Source: Candidatus Falkowbacteria bacterium (GTDB lineage: Bacteria; Patescibacteriota; Patescibacteriia; CAIXNZ01). From it: a stretch of DNA of 64,000 bases. Positions 12,312-22,371 of this stretch are shown piece after piece. The position numbers were made by a program, and so were the translations under genes. The notes beneath the pieces were generated by a model. The model did not search any database. It was not told where the DNA came from and was given only the letters and a program-made list of their open reading frames with translations. Every line of letters starts with the position of its first letter. Position 1 is the stretch's first letter. The stretch is taken from contig CAVZGV010000006.1 in assembly GCA_963774955.1 (NCBI GenBank), positions 90,855 through 154,854 on the forward strand, in the 5' to 3' direction.

Positions 12312-12809
12312 ATGGAAACACCAAAAACTCAAAAAGCTGACATGACTTATGAAGAACATTTAGCCGAATTAGCCAAACAAGAGGCTATGGCCAGAGCTGA
12401 AGAAAAAAAATTCCGCGCTAGTCCTAATGCCCTAGCGACCCGAGAACTTATTAAACATCAGGTCTTAGCGGATCTGCCAAAATTGATTGAACAAATGGAC
12501 AAGATCCAAATAACACCAAGGGACGAATTCACCCAAACTTTTTTACAGGTTAAGAGTATCATTAAAGGCCAAAAAGACGTTTCCAGCGAAGATGAAACCA
12601 GACAATTTGTGCCTAATGATGTTCCGCTGGTCTATCCAAAAATACTCGAAGCCTTTGCCATGGCTCACAAAATACTTCAGGATCCTAAACTCCCCAGAGA
12701 GGAAAAAGAAGAGATAAACAAAATGGTTCAACTCCTGCAGTCATTTCAAAGCTTTATTGAAGAACAGCCTGCTTATGCCCTCCAAATTCCTAAAAGCACA
12801 CGCCAATAA
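12312..12809 (+). CDS. Hypothetical helical protein
   Basis: 165-aa ORF with TTGACA/TATAAT promoter, AAAGGAG site and downstream terminator. Confidence 0.7.
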   Translation: METPKTQKADMTYEEHLAELAKQEAMARAEEKKFRASPNALATRELIKHQVLADLPKLIEQMDKIQITPRDEFTQTFLQVKSIIKGQKDVSSEDETRQFVPNDVPLVYPKILEAFAMAHKILQDPKLPREEKEEINKMVQLLQSFQSFIEEQPAYALQIPKSTRQ

Positions 12810-12816
12810 TAAAAGA

Positions 12817-12850
12817 AAAAGAGCTCACAGATTCATTCGGTGAGCTCTTT
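12817..12850. terminator. Bidirectional intrinsic terminator
   Basis: AAAAGAGCTCAC...GTGAGCTCTTT between convergent genes. Confidence 0.75.
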
Positions 12851-12853
12851 GTT

Positions 12854-13222
12854 TTATCCCTGGGTTAGGGATGAAGATTTGTTGGCTGATTCCCAGATAG
12901 GGCAACTTTTTTCTTCCTGTCTCGTCCTGGGGGTGATTTCGAACTTTTGGCTTTGATTGTCACAGATAACCTCGAGTGAAGTCGGCTGTCGCAATTTGCC
13001 CTTTTCCAGATCGCTGATGTCCAGCAGAATATTAAGTTCGTCTGGCCCGTGTTTTTCCCCTGAATCTTCAAGTAATCCTTGTCCAGTGCCTTCTACCAGA
13101 CATTTGTCCTGGAAATAGATTTTTATCCAGCTCTGGTCAAAAATTTGACGGCTGGCTTTGTCTAGGAGTTTAACGAGGATCCAAGGACCCCGCCAAACTA
13201 CTTCATCAATGCGAGGTAGCAT
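12854..13222 (-). CDS. Hypothetical protein
   Basis: ATG 13222 preceded by AGGAGGGAGG; TTGACA promoter at ~13306-13311. Confidence 0.6.
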   Translation of the reverse strand: MLPRIDEVVWRGPWILVKLLDKASRQIFDQSWIKIYFQDKCLVEGTGQGLLEDSGEKHGPDELNILLDISDLEKGKLRQPTSLEVICDNQSQKFEITPRTRQEEKSCPIWESANKSSSLTQG

Positions 13223-13332
13223 GATCCTCCCTCCTTTCACATCTTGACGTTGTTATGCTAATACTTTTATGTTTATGTTTTAACTATAATAAATTTTTTT
13301 TCTTTTGTCAATGTGTTTCACCACAAATATTA

Positions 13333-14244
13333 CTATTTGTCAAATAACCATTTTTTCACTATTTTTACACTTTTTATAGTATTTTTGGTCCATTGGATCT
13401 CTCTATCTCGTCTAAACCAAGTACCCTGGCGTTTAGCATATTGATTAATGGCTATTTCCAGCAATTTAACCATCTCAGATTGGTCATTTATTAGCCCTCT
13501 AAGGTACCTGGAAATGAAACGGTATTCCAGTCCAAAATCATCCAAACGCTTCCAGGAAACGCCTTTTTTATGCAAATTTGCCACTTCCAGAATCATGCCC
13601 TGCTTTATCCTTTCTATTAGGCGTAAATGAATCCTTTGCCTTAATTCTTGCTTATCCCTTAAGACCCCGATTTTCAAGACATCATACTTGGCCACCCTAT
13701 TCTGAGGCTTTAAGACCTTTTGTCCATTTAAGGCCATTTCCACAGCGCGAATAAGCCGCCTCTTGTTATTGGGATCAATATCTTTGGCACGTTCTGGCCA
13801 AAGTTTTTTTAGTCTGTTAAATAATTCTGAAGCACTTAACTTCTCCAATTCTTTACGCAACTTCCAATCTGGCGCCACAGTCTCGGGCAGACCATAAAGT
13901 AACGCATCTATCCAAAAGCCGGTACCGCCGCAAATGATCGGTAACTTTCCTTTTTTAAATATTTCCTTGATTGCCTTATCCCCCATCTTCACAAACTTAG
14001 CCGCGCTAAACTGGGTATTGGGGGAAACCACGTCCAAAAGATAATGCTTAATACCCTGCATTTCCTTTTTGGTCACTTTGCCACTGCCAATATCCATGCC
14101 TTTATAAACCTGGCGCGAATCAGCTGAAATCACTTCCCCGTTAAACTTTTTGGCCAGTTCAATCGAAAGACTGGTCTTACCGCTGGCAGTCGGCCCGACA
14201 ATGACTAAAATTTTGGGTAATTTTATTTGTTTGCTATTCGACAT
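13333..14244 (-). CDS. miaA: tRNA dimethylallyltransferase
   Basis: VGPTASGKT, ISADSRQVY, CGGTG, YAKRQ.TWF. Confidence 0.97.
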   Translation of the reverse strand: MSNSKQIKLPKILVIVGPTASGKTSLSIELAKKFNGEVISADSRQVYKGMDIGSGKVTKKEMQGIKHYLLDVVSPNTQFSAAKFVKMGDKAIKEIFKKGKLPIICGGTGFWIDALLYGLPETVAPDWKLRKELEKLSASELFNRLKKLWPERAKDIDPNNKRRLIRAVEMALNGQKVLKPQNRVAKYDVLKIGVLRDKQELRQRIHLRLIERIKQGMILEVANLHKKGVSWKRLDDFGLEYRFISRYLRGLINDQSEMVKLLEIAINQYAKRQGTWFRRDREIQWTKNTIKSVKIVKKWLFDK

Positions 14245-14374
14245 ATAATATTTTTTTTGTTAAGCTAATTATAGGAATTTATTTGATTTTAGTCAAAATA
14301 TATCATAAAACCTATTTTAAAATTAGTAAATAATTAGTGATAATTCGTGTCTAAAAATTAGTGTTTAAGACCTT

Positions 14375-15343
14375 ATGAAACCTAAATACTCATTTATAAA
14401 TGTGCTAACGGGTTCTGACTTATCCATCCGTCGTCTGGCCTTAATGGAAATAAAAAGTACCAATCCAGGTCCGGTTATCTGGCTGACTGGCGCAGTCCAC
14501 GGTGATGAAGTCGGCGGTATTATTATTATTCAAGAAATTGTCAAATTACTAAAGAAAAATCCATTACTTAAAGGTTCAATTTATTCGTTTCCACTAATGA
14601 ACCCTATAGGCTTTGAAACAGCCTCCAGGGGTATTACCTTAAGTTCAGAAGATCTAAACCGTTCTTTTCCCGGTGATCATGAAGGCACCTTAGCCCAAAG
14701 AATAGCCGCCAAAATTTTTAATACTATTATCAAAACCAAACCCACGTTGGTTTTAGATATTCATAATGACTGGTTAAATTCTATCCCCTACACTCTAATT
14801 GATCCCTATCCTGGGGTTAAACATAAACTGGCGTATGAACAAAGTAAAAAACTCAGTAGCGAACTGGGCTTTATAGTTATTAATGAAAAAGAAGGCGTCA
14901 AAGATACTGAAATCTTAAAAACAACATTGTCTGGCAGCCTGATTGCCAATGATGTCCCGGCTTTAACCCTGGAGATCGGGGGCGCCATTCAAACAAAGGA
15001 AAAGGATATTCACGACGGTGTTAAAGCGCTCTGGGATCTACTGGCATCATTAAATATGGTAAAACCGCAAATGCAAGAATTTAATTTCCAGGTGCCTGAA
15101 AATTATTTAAACAAAATTTTAAGTTATTCTCACCAGCCAGATGCATCTGTCAGTGGTATTATCAGATTCTTGGTTAAGCCTGGTCAGGAAATAAAAAAGG
15201 GTCAACCACTGGCTAAAATTTATAATGTATTTGGCAAACTTGAAGAGACCCTAATTTGTCAAAATAATGGTGTGGTTCTAGGACATGCAGATTCGGCTGT
15301 CGCCTACCCCGGAGCTGAAATCTTAGCCTTTGGCATTTTATGA
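14375..15343 (+). CDS. Succinylglutamate desuccinylase/aspartoacylase family (M14) protein
   Basis: HGDE, DLNRSFPG, LDIH, TLEIGG; C-terminal barrel-sandwich hybrid domain. Confidence 0.88.
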   Translation: MKPKYSFINVLTGSDLSIRRLALMEIKSTNPGPVIWLTGAVHGDEVGGIIIIQEIVKLLKKNPLLKGSIYSFPLMNPIGFETASRGITLSSEDLNRSFPGDHEGTLAQRIAAKIFNTIIKTKPTLVLDIHNDWLNSIPYTLIDPYPGVKHKLAYEQSKKLSSELGFIVINEKEGVKDTEILKTTLSGSLIANDVPALTLEIGGAIQTKEKDIHDGVKALWDLLASLNMVKPQMQEFNFQVPENYLNKILSYSHQPDASVSGIIRFLVKPGQEIKKGQPLAKIYNVFGKLEETLICQNNGVVLGHADSAVAYPGAEILAFGIL

Positions 15344-17040
15344 ACGAATTAAGCTTAACCACAATTTATATTATTGCTCTGGCCAAGATCGTACTCTTTA
15401 TTTATTTTGGAGTGACAATCTTTTTAATCTGGAAACATAAAAAGACATATTGGCATTTACTGGCAATTACTGCGGCGATTTTTTCCTTTTACTTTATTTT
15501 AGCCTGGCCTCTGCAAAAAATGTGGTGGGCCAATAACGGTGATGAAATGTTTACCGGCGCATTTTTAACCAGAGTTTTACATGGCCAAATCTTTTCGGAT
15601 TTTTATTATGGCTGGCTGGCTCCATTTTATCCGCCGCTATATTTCTGGGTTACCGGGACAATTTCGCGCTTATTTACTTCAAATGCGATTACAGCAGCAA
15701 AAATCGGCGTCCTGGGTACAATTTTAATCTGGTTTTTAGGATCATACTTCTGGCAAAAATTATGGCGGCAAAAAATTGATCAAACTAAAGAAAGAATTGC
15801 TATTTATAAGTCGCCCTGGTTTTGGCTTTTATTGCCCGTAATTTATTTTATCAGTCTGGATTTTGATAATATTATTGTTAAACCATATGAAACAGTCACT
15901 GCCCTATTCTGCGTTATATTAATAGGCTTGATTGCTGAATCATTTGACTGGCAGAAATGGAACTGGAAAAATTATTTATTTCTGGGAATTTCCGGTGGCT
16001 TATTATTCTTAACCTACTATTTCTGGTGGATAATGCTAATCCCGGTCATGTTCTATCTGGCCTTAACATCACGTACAAAAACATTGAACTTAAAACGAAT
16101 AATATTACTGGGATTCGTCATATTCGCATGTTCCGCAATGTACTTAATACCTTTATTCCTAAATTATTCGCATTTCGGCCTTGAGAACTGGCAGGCTGTC
16201 TTTTTTACCCCGACTGATTTTGTGACATTTGCCCCCTGGCTGACTTTGTCTTTAAAATCCTTAATTTTAATTACTGGCTTAATCGGTCTGATCGCTTTTG
16301 CCAAAGAAAAATTCATTAAAGCCAACTTGCTGGTTTTGATTACTGCCTTTATTTACCAATTTATAAATATAGTTATTTTTGTTCTAGGGCATAAACCTGT
16401 CCAATGCCAAAAACCATTCTTATTCCTTGGTGGCGCAACTTTAGGCATTGGCGCAACATATTTATTGATTTATATTTTCAATACTTACTTTAAGACCTTG
16501 GAAATAAAAAAAATCGCAGCCATTTGTTCGATTGTTATATTCTTTCCGCTATTACCAATGATAAAATTCATTGATGATCCGGTTGCTCTAATGCAAATCG
16601 AAAAGGATTTAACGCCGTCCAAGGTAATAACTTTAGTTGATACGATCAAAACCCAAGTTCCTGATTATACTAAACAAATTTGGCTTTCATCCGGTGTACC
16701 TGAAATTAATCTTTATTTACCTTTAAATTACTATATTGCTCATAATCCTCATTTCTCACAACCAGCCTCGCTTTATTCCCAGAGAATGGCCTTAATAAAT
16801 GAGTTGAGCCAGGCAACTTCTGCTGAAAACTTCCAAGCAATTATTAATTCAGCACAACCTCAAATTACTGCTCTACTTTTAGCTCCAGATGGTGACAATT
16901 ACTCTTTATATTTCTGGCAGGACAATTACCCCAATGCGGGTAAAGAACTAGTCGTCAAAATCCCTCAAAATTTAATTTCAGATCAATACTGGCAAAGTGT
17001 TTACACTGACAGCCAATGGCAAATATTTATCAAAAAATAA
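15340..17040 (+). CDS. GT-C membrane glycosyltransferase, AftA (arabinofuranosyltransferase)-like
   Basis: About 12 TMs; GDE acidic loop, DFYYGWLAPFYPPLYFW, KPYE and PHFSQPASLYSQR resemble recalled AftA motifs. Confidence 0.7.
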   Translation: MNELSLTTIYIIALAKIVLFIYFGVTIFLIWKHKKTYWHLLAITAAIFSFYFILAWPLQKMWWANNGDEMFTGAFLTRVLHGQIFSDFYYGWLAPFYPPLYFWVTGTISRLFTSNAITAAKIGVLGTILIWFLGSYFWQKLWRQKIDQTKERIAIYKSPWFWLLLPVIYFISLDFDNIIVKPYETVTALFCVILIGLIAESFDWQKWNWKNYLFLGISGGLLFLTYYFWWIMLIPVMFYLALTSRTKTLNLKRIILLGFVIFACSAMYLIPLFLNYSHFGLENWQAVFFTPTDFVTFAPWLTLSLKSLILITGLIGLIAFAKEKFIKANLLVLITAFIYQFINIVIFVLGHKPVQCQKPFLFLGGATLGIGATYLLIYIFNTYFKTLEIKKIAAICSIVIFFPLLPMIKFIDDPVALMQIEKDLTPSKVITLVDTIKTQVPDYTKQIWLSSGVPEINLYLPLNYYIAHNPHFSQPASLYSQRMALINELSQATSAENFQAIINSAQPQITALLLAPDGDNYSLYFWQDNYPNAGKELVVKIPQNLISDQYWQSVYTDSQWQIFIKK

Positions 17041-17076
17041 AAGCGGTTCTCCAGGAACCGCTTTTAAAATATCCGA

Positions 17077-17931
17077 CTATTTATTCGCTTTTTCAATCAT
17101 ACTCCGTACCTTGGCAATATGCTCATCGTATTTTGCCAGGATACGTTTTTTGTATTTGTCGGCATTTTGTACATTTTTCTTGGCAGCAATCAGGTAGCGC
17201 AGAGCGTTCTTCGGTTTAGCCTCGAAAAGAAAACTATGTACCAGCTCCTGATATAGTTCTACTATACGTAGCAGGTTAAAATTCTTTTCCTGCATGCGTA
17301 TCTCTAGTCTCAAGTCCTTACGACCGCTGCCAGAAGGCCATTTTGCTTTTTGTTCGTGCAGTTCCTCAATGTAGCATATTGTGCTATGCATCCGCTGCAA
17401 AAATTCTGTCGAGACTTTGCATCCCCGACGTCTTTTGGCAATTTCCTCTGCAATAAATGCCCTGGCAAGGTCTCTGTTTTCGGAAGACAACTGGTTTGTT
17501 TTTTTTGTTGACGCCACTATGCGTTCTAGAGGCTGAATCTGCCTGTCGAGCTGCGCCAGAAGTTTTTTTCTGTTCCAATCGCCATCTTGTATTTTGCTTC
17601 TATTTTTACGTAGAAACCTCAAAGCGCTTTCAGGCCTGCTTAGTTCTTCAAACTTATACGCGATCAGTTGCAAGTACGTGGCAACACGCGACAGGTCACA
17701 CTGTAACTCAGCCTCTTTAACCTGCTGCCAAAATTCTTTACGCTCCTTCTGGGAATACCGCTCCTTTTGGCTGGATGTGAGTCTCAAGGCAGCTTCTAAC
17801 TGTTTGTGAACTTCAGACACAAAACCGGCCGCCTGACCATTGCCCTTGAGTTTTTCCATCATCTCTTCAGTAAGATATAAAGCGCATAATTCCCGGTTGA
17901 ACCTTGCCTGGTCACCTTTTTTGCTCATCAC
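17077..17931 (-). CDS. Hypothetical helical protein with an apparent internal duplication
   Basis: 284 aa with AAGGAGG; segments RPESALRFLRKN...KKLLAQLD and KPKNALRYLIAA...KRILAKYD resemble each other. Confidence 0.65.
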   Translation of the reverse strand: MMSKKGDQARFNRELCALYLTEEMMEKLKGNGQAAGFVSEVHKQLEAALRLTSSQKERYSQKERKEFWQQVKEAELQCDLSRVATYLQLIAYKFEELSRPESALRFLRKNRSKIQDGDWNRKKLLAQLDRQIQPLERIVASTKKTNQLSSENRDLARAFIAEEIAKRRRGCKVSTEFLQRMHSTICYIEELHEQKAKWPSGSGRKDLRLEIRMQEKNFNLLRIVELYQELVHSFLFEAKPKNALRYLIAAKKNVQNADKYKKRILAKYDEHIAKVRSMIEKANK

Positions 17932-18047
17932 GACCTCCTTCTGAAAAAAATTAAAGAACCTAATTTAAAATTAACAATTTCAGAAACTAATGTCAATTAT
18001 AAAAGCGACCCCTCGCGTGGGACCGCTTTATGCAAATCATTCGACTT

Positions 18048-18251
18048 TCACTTGATCCATTTGTCTAATGGACTTTTCTTTTTACATTTTGGGCACTTGG
18101 CTTCCTGTCCGTAAGGAACCACAATGCCGCCTAAACTCCGAAATGACTCTTTTTCTGCCGATGTCAATTTTGATTCCGGAGTGAATACTAGGATTAAAAC
18201 CGTCTCCCCGCATTCACATTTGAGCTTAATAAACTTTATTTTCCAGTTCAT
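18048..18251 (-). CDS. Small zinc-ribbon protein
   Basis: CECG and CPKC motifs; AAGGAGG site; own promoter and terminator. Confidence 0.6.
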   Translation of the reverse strand: MNWKIKFIKLKCECGETVLILVFTPESKLTSAEKESFRSLGGIVVPYGQEAKCPKCKKKSPLDKWIK

Positions 18252-18356
18252 CTCATCCTCCTTTTGTTTTACTAGTTTACTTTCACTATAGCTTACGTAA
18301 TAGATATTTTATTGTCAAATTATAAAAGCGGACCCGGCTGGGCCCGCTGGTTTTGT

Positions 18357-18938
18357 TCATTTCACTCTTTTTGACTTTTTCTTGGCCGTAACTTTTGGCC
18401 GTTTTAAAGCCGAAGTAACCATTCTTTTAATTTTCCTGAGATCACTTTTAGCTGCGACATCACCTGCCTTAGCCTTTTTGACCAAAGTCTTAATTTGGGC
18501 AAAAAACATCTCCCCGGATTTTTTCAGTAATAATTGCTCGGCGTTGATAGCCAATCTGTCCGAAGCGTCCTTGAGTTCCTGGACTCGCAACGAATATTGT
18601 ATCGCCTCCCGCTCAAGCCCCAATTTCATAAAAGACGAATATATAAGCTCATAAGCTTCGAGGCACTCGGGAGCGTAAGTTACAACGTTTTTTAAAATTC
18701 CAACTGCCTTGCTATAATAACCATCCTTAATGAATAATTTAGCGGCAGTCAGATGAGTGTCTTGGGCCAAAAGAAACTTGCCTTGTTCTTGATAAATATT
18801 AGCTAATTTAGTAAAAGCTAACACATCTTCCTTACCTTCACCTGCAAGATAATCCCGCAGCAAACCGACTGCTTCATTTAACCGTCTATCTCTTACTAAA
18901 CGCATAACCCGATATAATGTATCAGCACGATCTTTCAT
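18357..18938 (-). CDS. Tetratricopeptide-repeat protein
   Basis: TPR-like helix pairs (KLANIYQEQGK, GYYSKAV, P..LEAY) and a basic tail. Confidence 0.7.
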   Translation of the reverse strand: MKDRADTLYRVMRLVRDRRLNEAVGLLRDYLAGEGKEDVLAFTKLANIYQEQGKFLLAQDTHLTAAKLFIKDGYYSKAVGILKNVVTYAPECLEAYELIYSSFMKLGLEREAIQYSLRVQELKDASDRLAINAEQLLLKKSGEMFFAQIKTLVKKAKAGDVAAKSDLRKIKRMVTSALKRPKVTAKKKSKRVK

Positions 18939-19080
18939 TTGCCTACCTCCTGTAAAAGTTATTCTATCAAAAAAAACTATCTATGGACAACTTATCAAAA
19001 CATAATTATCTTGTCAATTAACGAAAAAATAATCTGGCGCATATATTAACATATCTAGTTTTTTAAAAATAAAAGCGACT

Positions 19081-20379
19081 TTATGGGATTAATTCACCCT
19101 CTAGTCCAAAACTCTTAGCCTTAATAACTTTTACCTTAACAAATTTTCCAAGTAATTTTTTTTCTGTGCAAAACTTAATAACCTTAAACGTCTTAGTTTT
19201 GCCCAACCATAAATCGCCTTTGCCCTTTCGTTCAACCAAAACCTCCACAACCTGACCGACTAACTTTTTATTATAAGCCAAGGCAGTCTGCTTTAAAATC
19301 TCATTCAATTCACGTCCCCGCCTCTCTTTTTCAGCGTGAGTAACTGTTTCTTTCATTTTAGCTGAGGCCGTGCCTTCACGCGGTGAATACTGGTTCAAAT
19401 ACGCCATGTCGTATTTTACATCCTTAAATAATTTAACTGAATTGGCAAAATGTTTCTTGGTTTCACCGGGAAAGCCGATAATTATATCTGTAGAAAGTGA
19501 TATTCCCGGAATATTTTTTCTAATTTTTTTAACCAAATCTTTATATTGCTTAACCGTATACTTACGATTCATCTTTTTCAAAATCATATCATCCCCTGCC
19601 TGCACCGGTAAATTTAAAAAAGGACAAATTTTTTTGTTATTGGCAATTACCTTTATTAATTTGTCAGATAAATCCTTGGGGTGACTGGTCATAAACGATA
19701 ACCAAAAATTTCCCGGCAACTTGGCAATATACTCCAGCAAATCCGGAAAGTCTTTAATGCCCACAGCTCTTAGCTTAGAGCCATGGGCTTTGGGCTGAGG
19801 GCCATAAGAATTAACGTTCTGACCAAGTAAAATAATTTCCTTATACCCTTTTTTAATCAGGTCTTTAACTTCTTTAATCACTTCCTCCGGAGGCCGTGAC
19901 ATTTCCCTACCGCGCACATAAGGCACAATGCAATAAGCACAAAAATTATTACAGCCGGTCATAATCGGCACATAGGCAGTAAATTTACTTTCATATTTAG
20001 GTTTAACAGATAAGTACGATTCAATTTCTTCCTTAGTCGGCTTTAAGCCCAAAAGCCGCGGCAATTTACCCAGGTCATTAATGTCCAAAAAAATATCCAC
20101 ACCGGTCATTTTCTTAACCACCTCCTTCCGTAACGCCATGCAACCGGTAAGAATAATTTTGAATTTTTTACCCTTGGCCTTAAGTCGCTTCAAATTATGA
20201 ACAATCCCCCAGACCCGATCCTCTGCAGACTGACGAACTGAACAGGTCACAAAAATTACCAAATCCGCTTCGTCGCGTAATTCGGTTCTATTATAGCCGA
20301 GATTGCCCAAAACCGACTCAATCCTCTCGGCATCGCTTTTGTTCATTTGGCAGCCGTATATGTAGAGAAAATATTTCAT
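19081..20379 (-). CDS. miaB: tRNA methylthiotransferase MiaB
   Basis: YGCQMN, TCSVRQSAE, radical SAM motif CNNFCAYC, TDIIIGFPGET, TRAM domain. Confidence 0.95.
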   Translation of the reverse strand: MKYFLYIYGCQMNKSDAERIESVLGNLGYNRTELRDEADLVIFVTCSVRQSAEDRVWGIVHNLKRLKAKGKKFKIILTGCMALRKEVVKKMTGVDIFLDINDLGKLPRLLGLKPTKEEIESYLSVKPKYESKFTAYVPIMTGCNNFCAYCIVPYVRGREMSRPPEEVIKEVKDLIKKGYKEIILLGQNVNSYGPQPKAHGSKLRAVGIKDFPDLLEYIAKLPGNFWLSFMTSHPKDLSDKLIKVIANNKKICPFLNLPVQAGDDMILKKMNRKYTVKQYKDLVKKIRKNIPGISLSTDIIIGFPGETKKHFANSVKLFKDVKYDMAYLNQYSPREGTASAKMKETVTHAEKERRGRELNEILKQTALAYNKKLVGQVVEVLVERKGKGDLWLGKTKTFKVIKFCTEKKLLGKFVKVKVIKAKSFGLEGELIP

Positions 20380-20388
20380 AGACTAAAT

Positions 20389-20502
20389 GAGCGAAAACAG
20401 ACGCTCTTTGTCATTCAGAGTGTAACGAAGAATCCATGGATTCCAGGATTCCACGCTTTGCTCTGAATGACGATTACAGACAAAGAGCGTCTGTTTTCGC
20501 TC
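20389..20502. repeat. Long palindromic element, copy 1 (GTCATTCAGAG...GAATC / GATTC...CTCTGAATGAC family)
   Basis: Nested inverted repeat; related copies at 43905 and 61797. Confidence 0.85.
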
Positions 20503-20509
20503 TGTAAAT

Positions 20510-22267
20510 TTATTTTCTGTTTAAAATTTCGTCTTTAATATCAGCAATAAGCTTATCAACATCCTGCGCGCCCAAATCACCCTGACCACGCTGTCTGACC
20601 GCAACCTGTTTAGCAGTCACTTCTTTTTCACCGATAATTAAAAGATACGGAACTTTCTCCTTTTCACCGGCGCGTATTTTTTTACCTAAGGATTCCGCAG
20701 AATCATCAACTTCTACCCGAATGCCGTGTACAGCCAATTTAGTCTTTACTTCCATGGCATATTCCAAAAATTTATCAGAAACCGGTAAAATCTTAACCTG
20801 CACAGGCGCTAACCAAGTCGGAAAAGATCCGGCATAATGTTCGATTAAAAGCGCCATAAATCTTTCCGGAGAACCGGCAATTGCGCTGTGGATCATAACC
20901 GGGGTATATTTTTTACCGTCAGCTCCAGTATATTCCAGCTTAAACCTGACCGGCATATTAAAATCTAATTGTATCGTAGAAATCTGCCACTGGCGACCCA
21001 GCGCATCCTTAGCAATAATATCCATTTTCGGCCCATAGAATGCAGCCTCACCTTCAGCCTTAATAAATTCAAGCTTCTTCTCAATTAAAAGTTCTTCCAG
21101 TAACTTTTGCGATTTTTGCCAAACCGTATCATTACCCAAATACTTAGCTTTCTGAGCTTCGTCCCTTAATGACAAACGAATATAATAACTTAAACCATAA
21201 GTTTTCAAAGCTGTTTCAATGATACCAAGCAAATTGCCAAATTCTTCTTTAATTTGATCTTCAGTACAAAAACAATGCCCGTCATCTTGGGAAAATGCGC
21301 GCAAACGTGTCAGACCAGATAATTCCCCGGGGCGTTCATCCCTATATAAATTAGCACAATCAGCAATTCTGATCGGCAAATCCTTATAGCTTCGTGGTAA
21401 TGAGGCAAAAAGTTGAGTATGCTGAGGACAATTCATTGGCTTCAAAAAATATTCTTCATCTGTATAATTGGAAGTCACCTTAAACATATCTGCCTTATAC
21501 TTATCATAATGACCTGAAATCTTAAATAATTCAGCTTTATTAATCTGAGGAGTATGAACTTCCTTATAACCGATTTTTTCACGCAATTCGCGAGAAAAAT
21601 TTTGAATCTGGCTGCGAATTATAGCACCTCGATGAGTATAAAGCGGCAGACCAGGTCCGACTAAATCTGAAAACACAAACAAATCCTGTTCTTTGCCGAT
21701 TTTTCTATGATCCCTTTTTTCAGCCTCCTCGAGCATTTTCAAATAATCATCAAGTTCTTTTTGGGTTTCAAAAGCAGTGCCGTAAATTCTTTGCAGCATT
21801 TTGTTTTTTTCATCACCGCGCCAGTAAGCCCCTGACACGCGCAGTAATTTAAACAGACCGATTTCTTTGGTGGATTTAACATGAGGCCCACGGCACAAAT
21901 CATCAAAAATATCATCAATCTTATAAAAACTAACCTTCTTCTCACCCTGCGCTTCCAGGTCTTTAATTAATTCGGATTTATAAATCTGACCTTTAACCCG
22001 TTCCAACGCCTCTTTGATCGACACTTCCTCGCGTTCAATCTTTAAATTCTCCTTAATAATTTCCTGCATCTTGGCTTCAATTTTCGGCAGATCTTCGGAA
22101 CTCAAAGATTTTCCGCCTAAATCAAAGTCATAGTAAAACCCCTCGTCAATCGTCGGGCCAATGGCAAATTGAACGTCTTTAAATAAATCTTTTACTGCCG
22201 CAGCCATGACATGCGACGCCGAATGGCGCATAACATCTAATTTAGATTCTTTGTTCTCTTGACTCAT
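20510..22267 (-). CDS. thrS: Threonine--tRNA ligase, lacking the N-terminal TGS domain
   Basis: RHSASH, DLCRGPH, RDHRK, LKPMNCP, AFYGPK, TIQLDF. Confidence 0.98.
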   Translation of the reverse strand: MSQENKESKLDVMRHSASHVMAAAVKDLFKDVQFAIGPTIDEGFYYDFDLGGKSLSSEDLPKIEAKMQEIIKENLKIEREEVSIKEALERVKGQIYKSELIKDLEAQGEKKVSFYKIDDIFDDLCRGPHVKSTKEIGLFKLLRVSGAYWRGDEKNKMLQRIYGTAFETQKELDDYLKMLEEAEKRDHRKIGKEQDLFVFSDLVGPGLPLYTHRGAIIRSQIQNFSRELREKIGYKEVHTPQINKAELFKISGHYDKYKADMFKVTSNYTDEEYFLKPMNCPQHTQLFASLPRSYKDLPIRIADCANLYRDERPGELSGLTRLRAFSQDDGHCFCTEDQIKEEFGNLLGIIETALKTYGLSYYIRLSLRDEAQKAKYLGNDTVWQKSQKLLEELLIEKKLEFIKAEGEAAFYGPKMDIIAKDALGRQWQISTIQLDFNMPVRFKLEYTGADGKKYTPVMIHSAIAGSPERFMALLIEHYAGSFPTWLAPVQVKILPVSDKFLEYAMEVKTKLAVHGIRVEVDDSAESLGKKIRAGEKEKVPYLLIIGEKEVTAKQVAVRQRGQGDLGAQDVDKLIADIKDEILNRK

Positions 22268-22296
22268 ATTGTTATAAATAAATTAATTAATATTTG

Positions 22297-22369
22297 TCCC
22301 GCGGAGCGGGATGCCGCTCTGCGGTATAGATTTGTATCATGCCGCGAAGCGGTATGCCGCTGCGCGGCA
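22297..22369. repeat. Two GC-rich double-hairpin repeats (CCGCGNAGCGG-N3-CCGCTNYGCGG family)
   Basis: Copies at 22297-22326 and 22340-22369; relatives at 54088-54117 and 56307-56335. Confidence 0.7.
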
Positions 22370-22371
22370 TT

